Positions 43,681 through 57,085 of a stretch of DNA of 64,000 nucleotides are shown in pieces; position 1 is the first letter of the stretch, and every line of letters begins with the position of its first letter. A program made the position numbers and the translations under genes. The notes beneath the pieces are model-generated. The model worked only from the letters and a program-made list of their open reading frames with translations, did not search any database and had not been told where the DNA came from. Source of the stretch: Eledone cirrhosa (lineage: Eukaryota); contig OZ024757.1 in the NCBI GenBank assembly GCA_964016885.1, forward strand, positions 17,050,001-17,114,000, read 5' to 3'.

Positions 43681-44339
43681 TATTTGGACATTTGATACCT
43701 AATTACCTATTAATGGATTACTGAGGGGGAAAGGGTCAGGCCCATGACCCTTTTTAGGAGCATCTCACAGATAGACGTGTGCCTCTCTAGAGATATACTA
43801 GGATAACCAGGTGTGGTAATGTTCATCTGGGTCAGAACAAGTCAAGTCCACCTTGGACTACAATCCTCAATGTTCGTCATTCTTTTAAAGATAGTAGTGT
43901 GATTTGAGAGCAATTTAGCTGCTAGAAATAGCAGCTCAAGCGACCAGGTCATCTTTAACAGTAGATCTATGAAATGATCAAAGACATTCCAGCCACGGCT
44001 ATCCAATATCAATGTTTTTCTAGACTATGATATCCAACGTTTCTTTCTCTTTTTTAAAAGGGTACTAAATGTGAAGGATATTTGGCTGTTATTTCTAGCA
44101 GTCATACCACCATATACAGGGTTCCACGTTGGCTTCCTCCTATTGTTATTTCAACCCCAGCTCAAAGGCAATCCAGCCGTGACCATCCGGAAAACAATAA
44201 CACTTTCTCTGTATCTAAACCCTTTATTTCATTATCCAATGTCCCCTTCTGTTGTTAAAGGTGTTAGGTAATGATGTGAGGGAAATTTGGCTGCTATTTC
44301 TAGCAAGGCGAGCAACAACTTAGAGGCTCATATTGGTTG

Positions 44340-45390
44340 AATTGTTGTTTAGCCTCAGGTCAGGACTGAGTTAGCAGGCAGGCCTAAGATCAAAGATGTT
44401 CTAGCTGTGACCAGCCTGTCCTTTATTCAGACATAGTATATCTAGCACTACATTATCTAATGTGTACCTCCTTGTTTTTATTTAACCCCAGGTCAGCTAA
44501 GATCAAAGATGTTCTAGCTGTGACCAGCCTATCCTTTATTCAGACATAGTATCTAGGACTACATTCTTTAATGTGTCCTTCCTTGTTGTTTAGCCCCACA
44601 GACACTTGATCCAGCAAAGCAATAGTTAAAGAAGTTCCAGTTGTGACCATTCAATCTATAATACAGACAGTGTATCTAGGAGTACATAACGTGTACCTCC
44701 TTTTTGTTGCTCAGCCCCAGGTCAGCCCTGAACCAAGTGATCTGTAATCAAGGATGTTCCAGCTATGACCATCTCATCAAACATCGTGTATCTGGGACTA
44801 CATTATCTAATGTGTTAGATAATGTAGTTATTGTTTAGCTCTAGGTCAGCCCTGATCCAAGGTTTTCCAGCTATAACTATTCCATCTTTTATTCAGCTAT
44901 AGTGTATCTAGGAATACATTATCTAATGTGTCCTTCCTTGTTATTTAGCTCCAGGTCAGCCTTGATCCAAGTGATCTATGATCAAAGATGTTCCTGTTAT
45001 GACCATCCCATCTTTTATTCAGACATAGTGTATCTAGGACTACATTATCTAATGTGTCCTTCCTTGATATTGTTATTTAGCCCCATGTCAACCCTGATCC
45101 AAGTGATCTGTGATCAAAAATGTTCCAGCTATGACCATCCATTAGACAATGAACCTAGGGCTCATCCCGAGTCGTTTATTGTTTAGCTCCAGATCAGCCC
45201 TGATCCCGAAAACCTTTGATCAAATATATTCCAATCATGACCATCCCAACTTTTATTCAAACACGTTTAGCTCCTATTTCACTCATGATCCAGCCGACCT
45301 TTGATCAATGGTGTTCCAACCATGCCCATCCCAACTTTTATTCAGACATAATGTATTAAGGCCTACATTATCTAATATGTCCTTCCTCGT
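44340..45390 (+). repeat. Diverged tandem array of about 120-bp units from a dispersed repeat
   Basis: Recurring TTTAGCCCCAGGTCAGCCCTGATC...ATCAAAGATGTTCCAGCT.TGACCATC...CTACATTATCTAATGTG. Minus-strand relatives lie at about 1650-1830, 22050-22215 and 27790-27920. Confidence 0.8.
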
Positions 45391-46459
45391 TGAAGATTGC
45401 TGTACATGTGGTATAAGGGAGATTTGACTGCTATATCAAGCATGTAGATGTTAGCAATGAAAAAAAAAAGACCACGAGGGACCACGTAGAAAGAGACTCC
45501 CTATTAGGTTATGGGGGTGGTAGTAGAGGTGGCGGTGTGTTTGGAAGAGAAAGAAAGTAAACAGCTGACAAGTTGAGTAACATAAACATTGGTTGAGAGA
45601 GTGTTATATAGGGAGGGGGTATCAATGAATACAACAGTTTGTTAGAGAGAGTGATCGAGAGAAGGGGAGGATGGGATAGAGAGCGTGATAGAGTGAAAGA
45701 GAGGATGTGATAGTGATCGAAAGAGGATGTGATAGAAAGAGTGATCGAGAAAAAGAGAGGATGTAATAGAAAGAAAGAGTGATCGGGAAAAAGAGAGTGT
45801 GTGATAGTGATCGAAAAAGGATGAGATGGAGAGTGATCAAAAAAGGATATTGATCGAGAGATCGAGAGAGGAAAGGCTGTGATAGAGAGGGATCGAGAGA
45901 GAGGAGGGTGTGATAGATAGAGAGAGTGATCAAGAGAGGATTTGATGCAAGTGATCAAGAGAGGGTGTGATATATATAGAGAGAGATAATGGGAGTGACT
46001 AAGAGCACTAGAGAGAGAAAATGAGTGTAAGAGAGATCGTATGTGTGTGTGTGTGTGTGTGCGTTAGAGAGAACGATATACACAAACATATATATATAGA
46101 GATATATAAATAGAGAGAGATAAGAAAACGATAGAAGATATAAGAGGATGAGAGAGAGAGAGAAAAAAGAGAAGGAATATAAGGTAAGCGAGGCCAGCAG
46201 TGCACGACCAACATGGCAAGATAAATAAATAAATAAACAGAGAGAGAGAACATGGAACAAGCACGGTAGAAAACTTCCTTCCAAAATAAAGACGAACATT
46301 AAGTGTTACATGAGGTCCAGGTGAAAATATGGCCTTGTTCTAACCGATCTCGTTGGTTTCCTTACTAAATATCTATCTCGCTGGAACAGTAGTGGCAGCA
46401 AAGAGACAACGAGGTGGTGAGATCCAAGCTAATCTAGACATTGTAAAAGTCCACATTAC

Positions 46460-46492
46460 CTGATCTTCGTCTTTCTTCGAGGCAGCCATCAT
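46460..46492 (-). CDS. Probable first coding exon of an unidentified host gene (MMAASKKDEDQ)
   Basis: ATG ATG GCT GCC TCG AAG AAA GAC GAA GAT CAG|GTAATG gives a phase-0 donor in unique CpG-containing DNA, directly downstream of promoter motifs. Confidence 0.5.
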
Positions 46493-46499
46493 GTGCTAG

Positions 46500-46562
46500 A
46501 TCAGTGCGCATGCGCTCACATCTGTAGCCTCTACACCCGAATTTCGCGCGCTTTTCGCATTC
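46500..46562. promoter_or_regulatory. Housekeeping-type promoter candidate
   Basis: NRF1-type palindrome TGCGCATGCGC at about 46505-46515, E2F-like TTTCGCGC at about 46542, and local CpG enrichment. Confidence 0.55.
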
Positions 46563-47194
46563 TCTTGTCCTTTCAGACAAATTGCTCGGGCAATAGAAAT
46601 ATAAATAAAACAATTTTTTCTATAATTTCTTTCACCGTTTCTACATCTCGAAAATTGTCCAAAGTAGATTTTGCAGGGGCTTTTTTTTGAAGGGGTTTTA
46701 TTTGTTTTTGTTTAAAGAAATAAATACTATCTGCAATGAACAACTCAGCCTCTCTTTCCCCGACCCATAACTAAGGTAGAAGGAGGAGGAGTAGGGCAAA
46801 GAGCAGGCTTTTCCATTAACTGTTTCACACCCCCTCTGCTTAGCATACATATTTAATTAGCGGAGAAGAATGGAGATGCGGAGTCTTTTGGAGGCTGGGT
46901 GTTAGATTTTTTTAAAAGACCTGAAACTTTTATAAAACAACAAAAGCCTCCATCCATTCCCTCTTTCTCTCTCTCCCATCTGTCTTAACCATTCCAGGGA
47001 AATTATTTTCCCTAGAAAATTAACATTAGCTGATAAAACGGGAGAATGAAACAAAGCCCGTTGAAAATAGTTGAAAATATTTTTCTTATAAATAATTTTA
47101 CGCTTTATGTCAACAACTAATATATTTTTCTTTTCTTTTTTTTTTTGTTTGTATTTTTAGAGAGAAAAGACAAGACGAAAAGTAAGATGGCTCC

Positions 47195-47515
47195 TAGGTG
47201 CTGGCATGGCTGTGTGGTTAAGAAGTTCGCATCGCATCGCTACCACGTTCAATCTGGGTTCAGTTTAACTGTACCTTCTACAAATAGCTTAGGATGGACC
47301 AATGGCCCTTGTGAATGGAATTTGGTAGACGGAAACTGCAGAAGCCCGTCGTATATACATATATATGTGTGTACATCCGTTCGCTTAAGTCTCATAGCTT
47401 AGCTGTTCGAAAAAAGGGATCGAGATGTTAAAAGTAAAGTACTAGGGTCTGATTGACTAAATCGAAGTTGTGTCCCCAAGTATGGCCGCGGTCTAATGAC
47501 TGAAACAAGTAAAAT
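47195..47515 (+). mobile_element. tRNA-derived SINE, third family
   Basis: TGGCTGTGTGGTTAAG, GGGTTCAG, TTTGGTAGACGGAAACTG.AGAAGCCCGTCG and ATGACTGAAACAAGT. A related minus-strand fragment lies at about 22850-22990. Confidence 0.6.
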
Positions 47516-47950
47516 TATAATAAATAGCTCTATTATAATAGCCCCTTTGATAATTCTAATTAATAATAAGACGAGAAGAATAATTATGTGAGAATGAAAA
47601 GACAGGATTCGATTTTCTTTTCACAGCTGCCAGCAGTTAGTAGACGAATATTTAACGTTAGTTCGTCAATGGTGGAGAAAATATCTTCTCCAAAACAGAT
47701 CTGACATGGCGGAGGCGACCTTTTTTTTTTTTTTTTCCTTTAATATATTTTCTAAGAGGTGAATGACTAGATGTGTTACAAGTATATATATATATATATA
47801 TGCAAAAGTTCTATTTAAATTGTTGGGATACAACAAGCAAATATTATTATAACTGATATAAAGCACTCGACAAATATTTGGAGTAGATATACGATATTAA
47901 TAAATGGAAACTATAAATAAATATGGTTTTATAAATATAGTTTCCATTTA

Positions 47951-48023
<73 letters not shown>

Positions 48024-48241
48024 GAGAGGTGGCAGGTTGGATCTCGTAGATATATATTTAGATGGCTGGATGGGTTGAAGATGGATATATATATAGACGG
48101 CAGGGTGGATCGGATATTAGATAGATAGATGGATGATAGGGGTGGGTGGGTGGCTGGAAGGATTGCAAATAGATTAGTAAGTGGAGTGGCATGTAGAAAT
48201 TAGCAACAACAACAACAACAACAACAACAACAAAACGCAAA

Positions 48242-48319
48242 TACAGGGTGTCCCAAAAAACGTATACACACTTCAATTACCCGTACAGGCAATATTGTAT
48301 ACATTTTTGGGGACACCCA
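48242..48319. mobile_element. Tiny Tc1/mariner MITE
   Basis: TA-CAGGGTGTCCCAAAAAACGTATACA ... TGTATACATTTTTGGGGACACCCAG. Confidence 0.7.
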
Positions 48320-48525
48320 GCAGAGAAGCTAGATATGTGTATTATATAGAAAATAGTTATACAGAAAGCTAGATGGATATAAAAATCAGATAGAATGTCA
48401 AATTGAACATATATATATATAGGGGGGGGGGGACACACACACACGGGATTAGCTGAGAGCAAGAGGATCTTCAGAGGAAGAACTTGCATTGAGCAAGTGT
48501 TTCAGCCCTTGATTTCTCAAATATA

Positions 48526-48611
<86 letters not shown>

Positions 48612-48656
48612 GGGTGAGATAGAAAGATGGATATATAGAACAGTAAGTAGACAGAA

Positions 48657-48763
<107 letters not shown>

Positions 48764-48791
48764 GGATATATAGAACAGTAAGTAGACAGAA

Positions 48792-48914
<123 letters not shown>

Positions 48915-49969
48915 GCGAGATATGAAAACGATAGATCGATAGATATACAAAATCAGAGAGCGAGAGAGCAGGAAGAAGTTTAATGGACATATACAATTAG
49001 CTAGACAGACAAACAGCTTTAATTTTCGTCTATTTTCCCCAGTATAGAAATTTAATATAATGTGTAGAATATAATGTTAAAAATAAAACCGTAACTATTA
49101 ATGAGGCAAAGCTAATCAATTGTAATATAATTGTGAATTTTATGCAGGAACATTTAGGCAGCAAATAAAAATAAATCCTTGGGGATTTTTTATTATAAAG
49201 AAACCCAGTAAACTACCAACAAGTCGGGCGATATTTGACAAAGCGATCGTTATTAAGATGCTTAAAGCAGAGGATAGAAATGTTATATATCTAGTCCAGA
49301 AATAGCCGTCGAAACGGCTTGAGCTCTGCCGTCGGGGTCTTGAACATTTTCCTATATATATATATATATATATAAAACAAAGAAAGTGTGGTAGGAAACC
49401 AGGGGGACCATAACGCACCAGAGTACTCGATACTTAGTGTAGTAGAGTGGGTAATAGGAAAAGAGAAGCCCTACCAAATCGATAAATAATTACATTCCTA
49501 ACGTTTTTATAAGTGTTATTGTTAAATATGGAAGAAGAAGCTAGCATGGAGGATTTTTATCTGAATATTTACTGAAGAGAAATTTTTTCTGAGAAAATGT
49601 TTACTATTTCGTAATATCTAGCTATAAAAATATTCTGTGGTTTGATTAAAGTTGTCATTTGGTTAGATTTATTATCAAGTAAAACATATTTAGTTTCAGT
49701 AATGTCTCTAATTATTCCAACCAATATCAATGGTATCGAATCTGTCTTACGCTTGACAAAATAGTCCTAGATTGTCCCTTTTCCCTATCCCACTTTCTAT
49801 CTATCGATCTAGAATAACCTAAACTATATATATATGAAAAGATTCAGGACTCCGATGTCTTAGATCCGGCCGTTGCGGGGTCCCGAATCTCTTCATATTA
49901 GCCACTCTACTACCCCAAGTATTGAGTACTCTGGTGGATTATGGTCTAGCTGGTTTTTACCACACTCTA

Positions 49970-50105
<136 letters not shown>

Positions 50106-50486
50106 GAAAGTATAGAAATTATTGTGAGCGAGAAGCCAACAGTATTTCATAATATATATAAGTGACTATAACGTCAAAATGGAAAATAATTAACGTAAGA
50201 TGTGGGGAAATAATTCAAACTCAATTTTTAAAAAATCAAGACATATATATATATATATAATCATTCCAGCCATTATGAATGGGCTTCACCTAGTATTTGG
50301 GAAAAGTAGATCAGGGTTCCCATCTCTCGTTTTATCTATCTATCTGACTAACTGTCTAGCTATCTAGCTATCTAGCTATTTAACTAGCTATCTAACTATT
50401 TAACTAGCTATCTAACTATTTAACTAGCTATCTAACTATTTAACTAGCTATCTAACTATCTAACGATTTCTTTTTCTCCCCATCTT

Positions 50487-50872
<386 letters not shown>

Positions 50873-50880
50873 TTAATATA

Positions 50881-50939
50881 GATGAGATTCTACAGGACTA
50901 GAACTGTTTCATTCATTTGAAATCATCAGGAATCTCATC
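50881..50939 (-). ncRNA. Hammerhead ribozyme, family C (element about 50870-51030)
   Basis: Minus strand: GATGAGATTC-CTGATGA-tTTC(aaat)GAAt-GAAA-CAG(ttctagtc)CTG-TA-GAATCTCATC. Half copies lie at about 2082-2190, 14468-14632, 20433-20580 and 59460-59585. Confidence 0.75.
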
Positions 50940-51029
50940 AGGAATCTCATCTATATTAAAACTGTTATACTCTGCTATGTATTGAGTACCTTACTTACTG
51001 TGGTTACCTCCGATTCAACCCGGAATAAC

Positions 51030-51077
<48 letters not shown>

Positions 51078-51238
51078 ATAGAGAAGTTAATGTGAGCAAG
51101 AAGCCAACAGTATTTCATAATATTATAACGTCAAGATGGAAAATATTTAACGTAAGATATGGGAAATATATCCAAACTGAACCTGAACTGATAAGGACTG
51201 GTTTCTTGGGTATGTCACCATTTATAAAACAAATTTTG

Positions 51239-51299
51239 TATTTTATCTGATGAGTGCGTACCAAAATTTTGGTACCCTTGAAATATATATAATAAAATA
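51239..51299 (+). ncRNA. Hammerhead ribozyme, family D
   Basis: TATTTTAT-CTGATGA-gtgcGTACCAAAATTTTGGTACcctt-GAAA-tatata-TA-ATAAAATA. Confidence 0.75.
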
Positions 51300-51338
51300 A
51301 ATATGGTTTTATAAATATAGTTTCCATTTATTAATATC

Positions 51339-51372
<34 letters not shown>

Positions 51373-51507
51373 GAAAATAGAGAAATTAATGTGAGCAAGA
51401 AGCCAACAGTATTTCATAATATATAAGTGACTATAACGTCAAAATGGAAATATATATATATATATACGATATTAAACAAATGGAAACTATATTTATAAAA
51501 CCATATT

Positions 51508-51572
51508 TATTTCATTATACATATTTCAGGGATACCATATTAAAAATATGGCATGCCTTCGTCAGACAAAAA
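51508..51572 (-). ncRNA. Hammerhead ribozyme, family D
   Basis: Minus strand: TTTTGT-CTGACGA-AGGcATGCCATA(loop)TATGGTATcCCT-GAAA-tatgta-TA-ATGAAA. Confidence 0.75.
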
Positions 51573-51721
51573 TACAATATATAACCAGTTTTATAAATAA
51601 TTTTGACGTACCATAAATATAGCGACCATTAATGTATATCTACTCCAAAAACTTGTCGAGTGCTTTATATCAGTTATAAAATATTTACTTGTTGTAACCC
51701 AACAATTTTAAATAAAACTTT

Positions 51722-51766
<45 letters not shown>

Positions 51767-52132
51767 AAAAGATTCAAGATCCCGACGGCTGAGCTCCGAC
51801 ATATATAACCTCCCTATCTGTGAAAAAAAAAATTTATATATATATATAACAGCACAGTAGCTCCGAAATATATATAATAATAAAACATATATTTTGATTA
51901 TGTGAATGTATCCATTTATTTATATTTTGAATAATATTAATAACTCCAGAAAACTTCTTTGTTGAGTGCTTTTAATCTATTGTAAAACTATATTGAATAA
52001 TCAATGAACCTTGTTTAACATTTGATTATATATATATATATATAATGGAAAAATTTGAACAGGAACAAAACAGAGAGGCAGTACAACGAATGTTTATTAA
52101 TTTCACGCTCTGGAGAGTGGGGTGGTGGTGGG

Positions 52133-52184
<52 letters not shown>

Positions 52185-52259
52185 TATCCGGGAGCTTCCA
52201 ACAGTAATGGTTGTTTTTAAGGGTATGTCAATATTTATTTATAAAACTGATCTATATCA

Positions 52260-52324
52260 TATTTTATCTGATGAAAGCACACCATAATTTAACTTGGTGT
52301 CCTTGAAATATGTATAATGAAATA
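52260..52324 (+). ncRNA. Hammerhead ribozyme, family D
   Basis: TATTTTAT-CTGATGA-AAGcACACCA(loop)TGGTGTcCTT-GAAA-tatgta-TA-ATGAAATA. Confidence 0.8.
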
Positions 52325-52364
52325 AATATGGTTTTATAAATATAGTTTCCATTTGTTAATATCG

Positions 52365-52434
<70 letters not shown>

Positions 52435-52436
52435 AC

Positions 52437-52481
<45 letters not shown>

Positions 52482-52602
52482 GGAGGTGAGTTTTATTGTA
52501 GTACAATAAAGCAATGCAGATATCGGATAAGAAGCACTCTACAGTTTGTAGGACTAGAGTATACATAATATAAGATCAAAAGATGGTTAAAGGAGTTCCA
52601 TG

Positions 52603-52671
52603 TATTTTATTATGCGCATTTCAAAAACAAACATCATCATGCAATAATATTTGTGTTTTCATCAGATAAAA
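52603..52671 (-). ncRNA. Hammerhead ribozyme, family E, inside a 95-bp-arm palindrome (52565-52762)
   Basis: Minus strand: TTTTAT-CTGATGA-long stem II (ACAAATATTA/TGATGTTTGT)-GAAA-TGCGCA-TA-ATAAAA. Stem III is the palindrome ATGCGCAT. Confidence 0.8.
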
Positions 52672-53380
52672 CACAAATATTATTGCATGATGATGTTTGT
52701 TTTTGAAATGCGCATAATAAAATACATGGAACTCCTTTAACCATCTTTTGATCTTATATTATATATATATATATATATATATAAAGAATCAAAAAGAACA
52801 GAAAGATGCAGTAAAAGAGCTCTAGGCAAATTGGTGTCTATTGAAACGTACGTTAGAACCGAATAAATCTCTTTTACTGCATCTTTCTGTTCTTTTTTAT
52901 TCTTTATACACGCCCCGGAGTATAGCTAAACTGGAATATACACCTATTTTCTGCATTTCGTTGAGCACCACTCTGTTGTAAGCTGACCTTCCCCTACACG
53001 GTACATAACACTGTGTCCTGGAAAACCTTAATGCACTCGTGCATAACCAATAACTTAATTTAGTTATTATTGCACCGACGTGAGGTATATGATTTTTAAT
53101 GCAATGAAATATCTATGATCGTCGGCAAATCACTGATGAAGGACTCATTTTATTACATGTTATCCATGTGCAACCTGCAGTATTCTTCTCCCCATTTTTT
53201 CATATATATATATATCCACCTCTCACCTCCTCTCTTCTCTAACAGTGACATGTCGCTATGTTAATGGCGAAGTTACGACCGTCAAAGCCCTTCTCCTCCT
53301 TCTCCCCTTCCTCTCTCACACAAACAGTTAGTAAACATATTCTCATCTGAGCTACTTATTAACTTACTATGCTTTTCTTT

Positions 53381-54240
53381 AATAATTGTTTCTACTTTAG
53401 GCACAAGGCCAACAATTTCCCAGTACTTTATTTTATCGACCCCGTAAGGATGAAAGGCAAAGTCAACCTCAGCGGGATTTGAACTCAGATCGTAAAGGGA
53501 CGTAACTATGCTGGAAAGCATGGCGTCCGACCCTCTACAGATACTGCCAATCCACTTCTTTAATAATTGTTTCTTATATAGACACAAGGCCAGCAATTTT
53601 GGGGGAGGGGAAAGTCGATTAAATCGACCCCAGTGCGTGACTGGTACTTTATTTTATCGACCCCGTAAGGATGAAAGGCAAAGTTAACCTCGGCGGGATT
53701 TGAACTCAGATCATAAAGGACCGTAACTCTATGCGTCAAAGCATGGCGTCCGGCCCTCTACTGATACTGCCAATCCACTTCTTTAATAATATTTTGTTTT
53801 TCTTCAATCGTACAGAAGTCATAAAACAAAAGACAATCAATGAAATGGGCTAAAGATAGTAGTCACGGCCTGGGTTCTAAATCACTATTGTAATCAATTT
53901 ATTTATGATAAAAACTGTATAAACATGATAGTATTTACAGTAACTACAATAGTAATAATTGTTTCTACTTTTGGTACAAGGCCAGCAATTACTCAGTACA
54001 TTACTGGTACTTTATTTTATCGATCCCGTAAGGATGAAAAGCAAAGTTAACCCCGACAGGATTTGAACTCAGACCATAAAGAGACGTAACTATGCTAAAA
54101 AGCATGGCGTCCAACCCTCTACCGATATTAGTAATACGAATGGTTCCTTATATAGGCACAAGGCCAGCAAATTTGGGGGAGGGGAAAGTCGATTAAATCG
54201 ACCCCCAGTGCGTGACTGGTACTTTATTTCATCCTTATGA
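53381..54240 (-). mobile_element. Cluster of four SINE copies
   Basis: SINE consensus at about 53381-53554, 53562-53778, 53955-54126 and 54140-54240. Confidence 0.85.
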
Positions 54241-54298
54241 CAATGCAATGACTTTATTTTGTAGGCATAAAATAACCGGAGCATAAAATTATTACATC

Positions 54299-54401
<103 letters not shown>

Positions 54402-54852
54402 AAGAGAGAGAGGGGAGGGGAAGAGAACTAGATAGATATGTTTCTTTATTAGCCACAGGGGCACAAAAGAAGGGGACAAATACAAAGAGGGAAGTTTACA
54501 TACAATAAGAACGTGTAAAATGTTATCACAAATGCAATTAAAAAAATTAGTCGATTTTCCCCAATAGGGGAAGACAGTTCATATGGGTAACACATACCCC
54601 CGAAAAAAAATGTGCAACCCTCATCTCCAGGAGTACGAAGAGTTTGTACTCCTTTCCTCTCCTCCTCCTTTTCCTCAACCTACAGGCTTTCACCCACCTT
54701 TCATAAAACTTGCTCCATCCTGATTCTTCTTTCAAAGTGGTATTTGAAAAAAAGAATCAGATAGATATCTTTCTTTATTTGTCACAGGGGCGTACAAAAA
54801 TGGGACATTATAAGACGTGACGGCAGGGTTTTTAGATAGATAGATAGATATT

Positions 54853-54916
<64 letters not shown>

Positions 54917-54984
54917 AGGAAGGAAGGTAGATAGCTAGCTAACTAGATAGATAGATAGGTAGGTAGAAAGATAATGAAAAGGTA

Positions 54985-55200
54985 GACGGGTTATTGACAT
55001 TCTGATTTTATGGAGGAGCTCGGCTGTACGGGGTCCGAAAACGCCTGTGGTCTCGACGGCGATCGGTGCAAAGAGGAAGAGGCCGGACAAGCCTTGGTAA
55101 GAGCTTGTCTTCCTGTCCTCTGCATTGCGGGCCGAGGTACCGGGGTTTGTGGTCGAAGTGACTAAGTTGGAAGCGGAGAATGTGTCACAGCATGTCGCAA
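54985..55200 (-). pseudogene. Fragment of a restriction-like endonuclease domain from a CRE-like non-LTR retrotransposon
   Basis: ATCCDTFSASNL...GTSARNAEDRKTSSYQGL...FAPIAVETTGVFGP fits the DxT...AExxKxxxY...PxAVExxG pattern. Confidence 0.65.
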
Positions 55201-55748
55201 CTTTGTCTACCAATTTAGAATGGGAGGAAGTTGAGTGATTCATATTTTCCTATTTTTTTCTATTCTCGAGTCCCAAATAATAGGGGAGGAGATATGGAGG
55301 GGGATCGGTAAATGTTCTAGGTTGTCTCCATTGATCTTTTAAAACCAGAATTAATCGTTTAGCTTACATTTTGAGAGCCCAAACTCATCCTATTTATTTT
55401 ATAGCGCATGGGATTCCTAGTAATGTACTTTGTCGTGTATGTCTTTTAGTGTGTAAAGAAAATTAAAATGAAATTTCGCCGAAGATAGATTAGCAAAATT
55501 TAATAAGTGGAGGTGGAATAAGACCGGGGTGGTGGAGGACAAAAATCTGAAAAAGTTAATAAGCGGAGGGGCGGGTGGCATTATTCGAGACCTTAGAGTA
55601 GTAATTTAGGTAGGTCATGTCACAAAAAATATATAATAACAATAAAATAACAATAAAATATAATGTTTGTAATGAAAACTAGAAAAAGAAAGAGGAAAAA
55701 TTGAAAATAAATTAAAGATAAATTCATAGAAAAGGTGGGCTTCGCTAA

Positions 55749-55788
<40 letters not shown>

Positions 55789-55879
55789 CGAAGGAAATGT
55801 GGTAAGGAACCAGGTGGACCATAACGCACCAAAGTACTCAATACTTGAGGTAGTAGAGTGGGTAATAGGAACCAGTAAG

Positions 55880-55973
55880 ACCCCGACAGCTGAGCTCAAG
55901 CCGTTTCGACGGCTAATTCTGGACTAAATGAAAATTTATCCTGGTATTTAAATAGCCGATCTTCTCAAGGGGT
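55880..55973 (-). ncRNA. Type I hammerhead ribozyme with U3-A8 core in the PLE 3' end
   Basis: ACCCC-TTGAGAA-GAtCGGCTA(loop)TAGCCGTC-GAAA-CGGCT(tgagctc)AGCTG-TC-GGGGT. Confidence 0.75.
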
Positions 55974-57085
55974 AATTCCATATATGGTCAAAGTGATTGT
56001 CAAAAATCAGTAGTAATTCGGTGGTTGCAAATTAGTAGGGGAGATGGTGGCTAAACCTGCCAGTAGGAGAAAGAGGGGAGGGGGTGGAGTAGACCCAATC
56101 AAGCGTTGGTAGTGCCAGCTACATCTGGGCATGAGGTCAAAGAAGATACAGGGGAGGGGGAGGGGGAGGAAGTCGGAACGGTAGGTAGAACAATGGGGGG
56201 TAGAAATAGGAAAGAAAAAATACTGAGAGTGAAGAAAAGCAAATAAGTGTAAAGAAAAAAGTAAAGTAAATTAAATTCTACGACCTAGGTGTCAGGCTAT
56301 TGTTAGGCGAGAATAAAATAAAGAAAGAAAGAAAGAAAGAAGTAAATAAATAAATAAATAAATAAATAAGGAAATAAGTAAGAGAACTAGGTGGGACGGA
56401 TAAGGCAAGGACCCTTTTAAGAGGTATAAGTACGTAAATGATACGGTGACGGGTCAACAAAAGGGGCCAAAATACTAAAGAGACTACCACGAAATAAACA
56501 ATAAAGGTTTCCATCCCGGGCCAGCAACGACCCAGTGCAGCAAAGTGAACTTGTACGAGATAATAATTCTGAGTCCCGAGAAAAATATATACTAATGCTA
56601 ACTCTAAAAGATCTAAAACAAGCTACATGAAAGTTCGTACGAAATAAAGGTAGAATACGGAGAAATAAATTCAGAATCCACCCCGCCCGGAGGAAAAGCG
56701 AAGCAAGAAATACTGAAACGAAAAAATAAGGCATAAGTGCCACTAAGAAATATAGAGGGCACAGAGAATAGTGGGAGCGGTCGGAAAAAGGGGGAAAGTA
56801 TCCGGGGTCTAAGCCAACTGCTATAAAGGGCGGAGTCCGCCAAATCTATCAAAGACTAGGGGAGGGGGGGGGGGGGGTACTAAGGCTACATGGGGCCAAA
56901 GGGCAGCCTCGGGTGGGCGAGAAAAGACGCCGACAAAGGAGAAGAGCTGGGGTAGAAGGACAAAGGAGAGAGGGGGGAAGGAAATAAAGGAAGCGATAAA
57001 AGAATACAAAGAAGATCTTACGTCTTCCTTGGCAAGCAGGGGTTACCCATTGCAAAATCGGCAACTGGGGTGTTATAGCCCTAGT

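Noticed and set aside
40798-43702. Poly-His/Thr and VMVYWL ORFs up to 365 aa
   Set aside because: They are trinucleotide-based satellites open in several frames, with no gene-like structure.
53131-53200. CTGATGA hammerhead start
   Set aside because: No stem II-GAAA-NUH arrangement follows.
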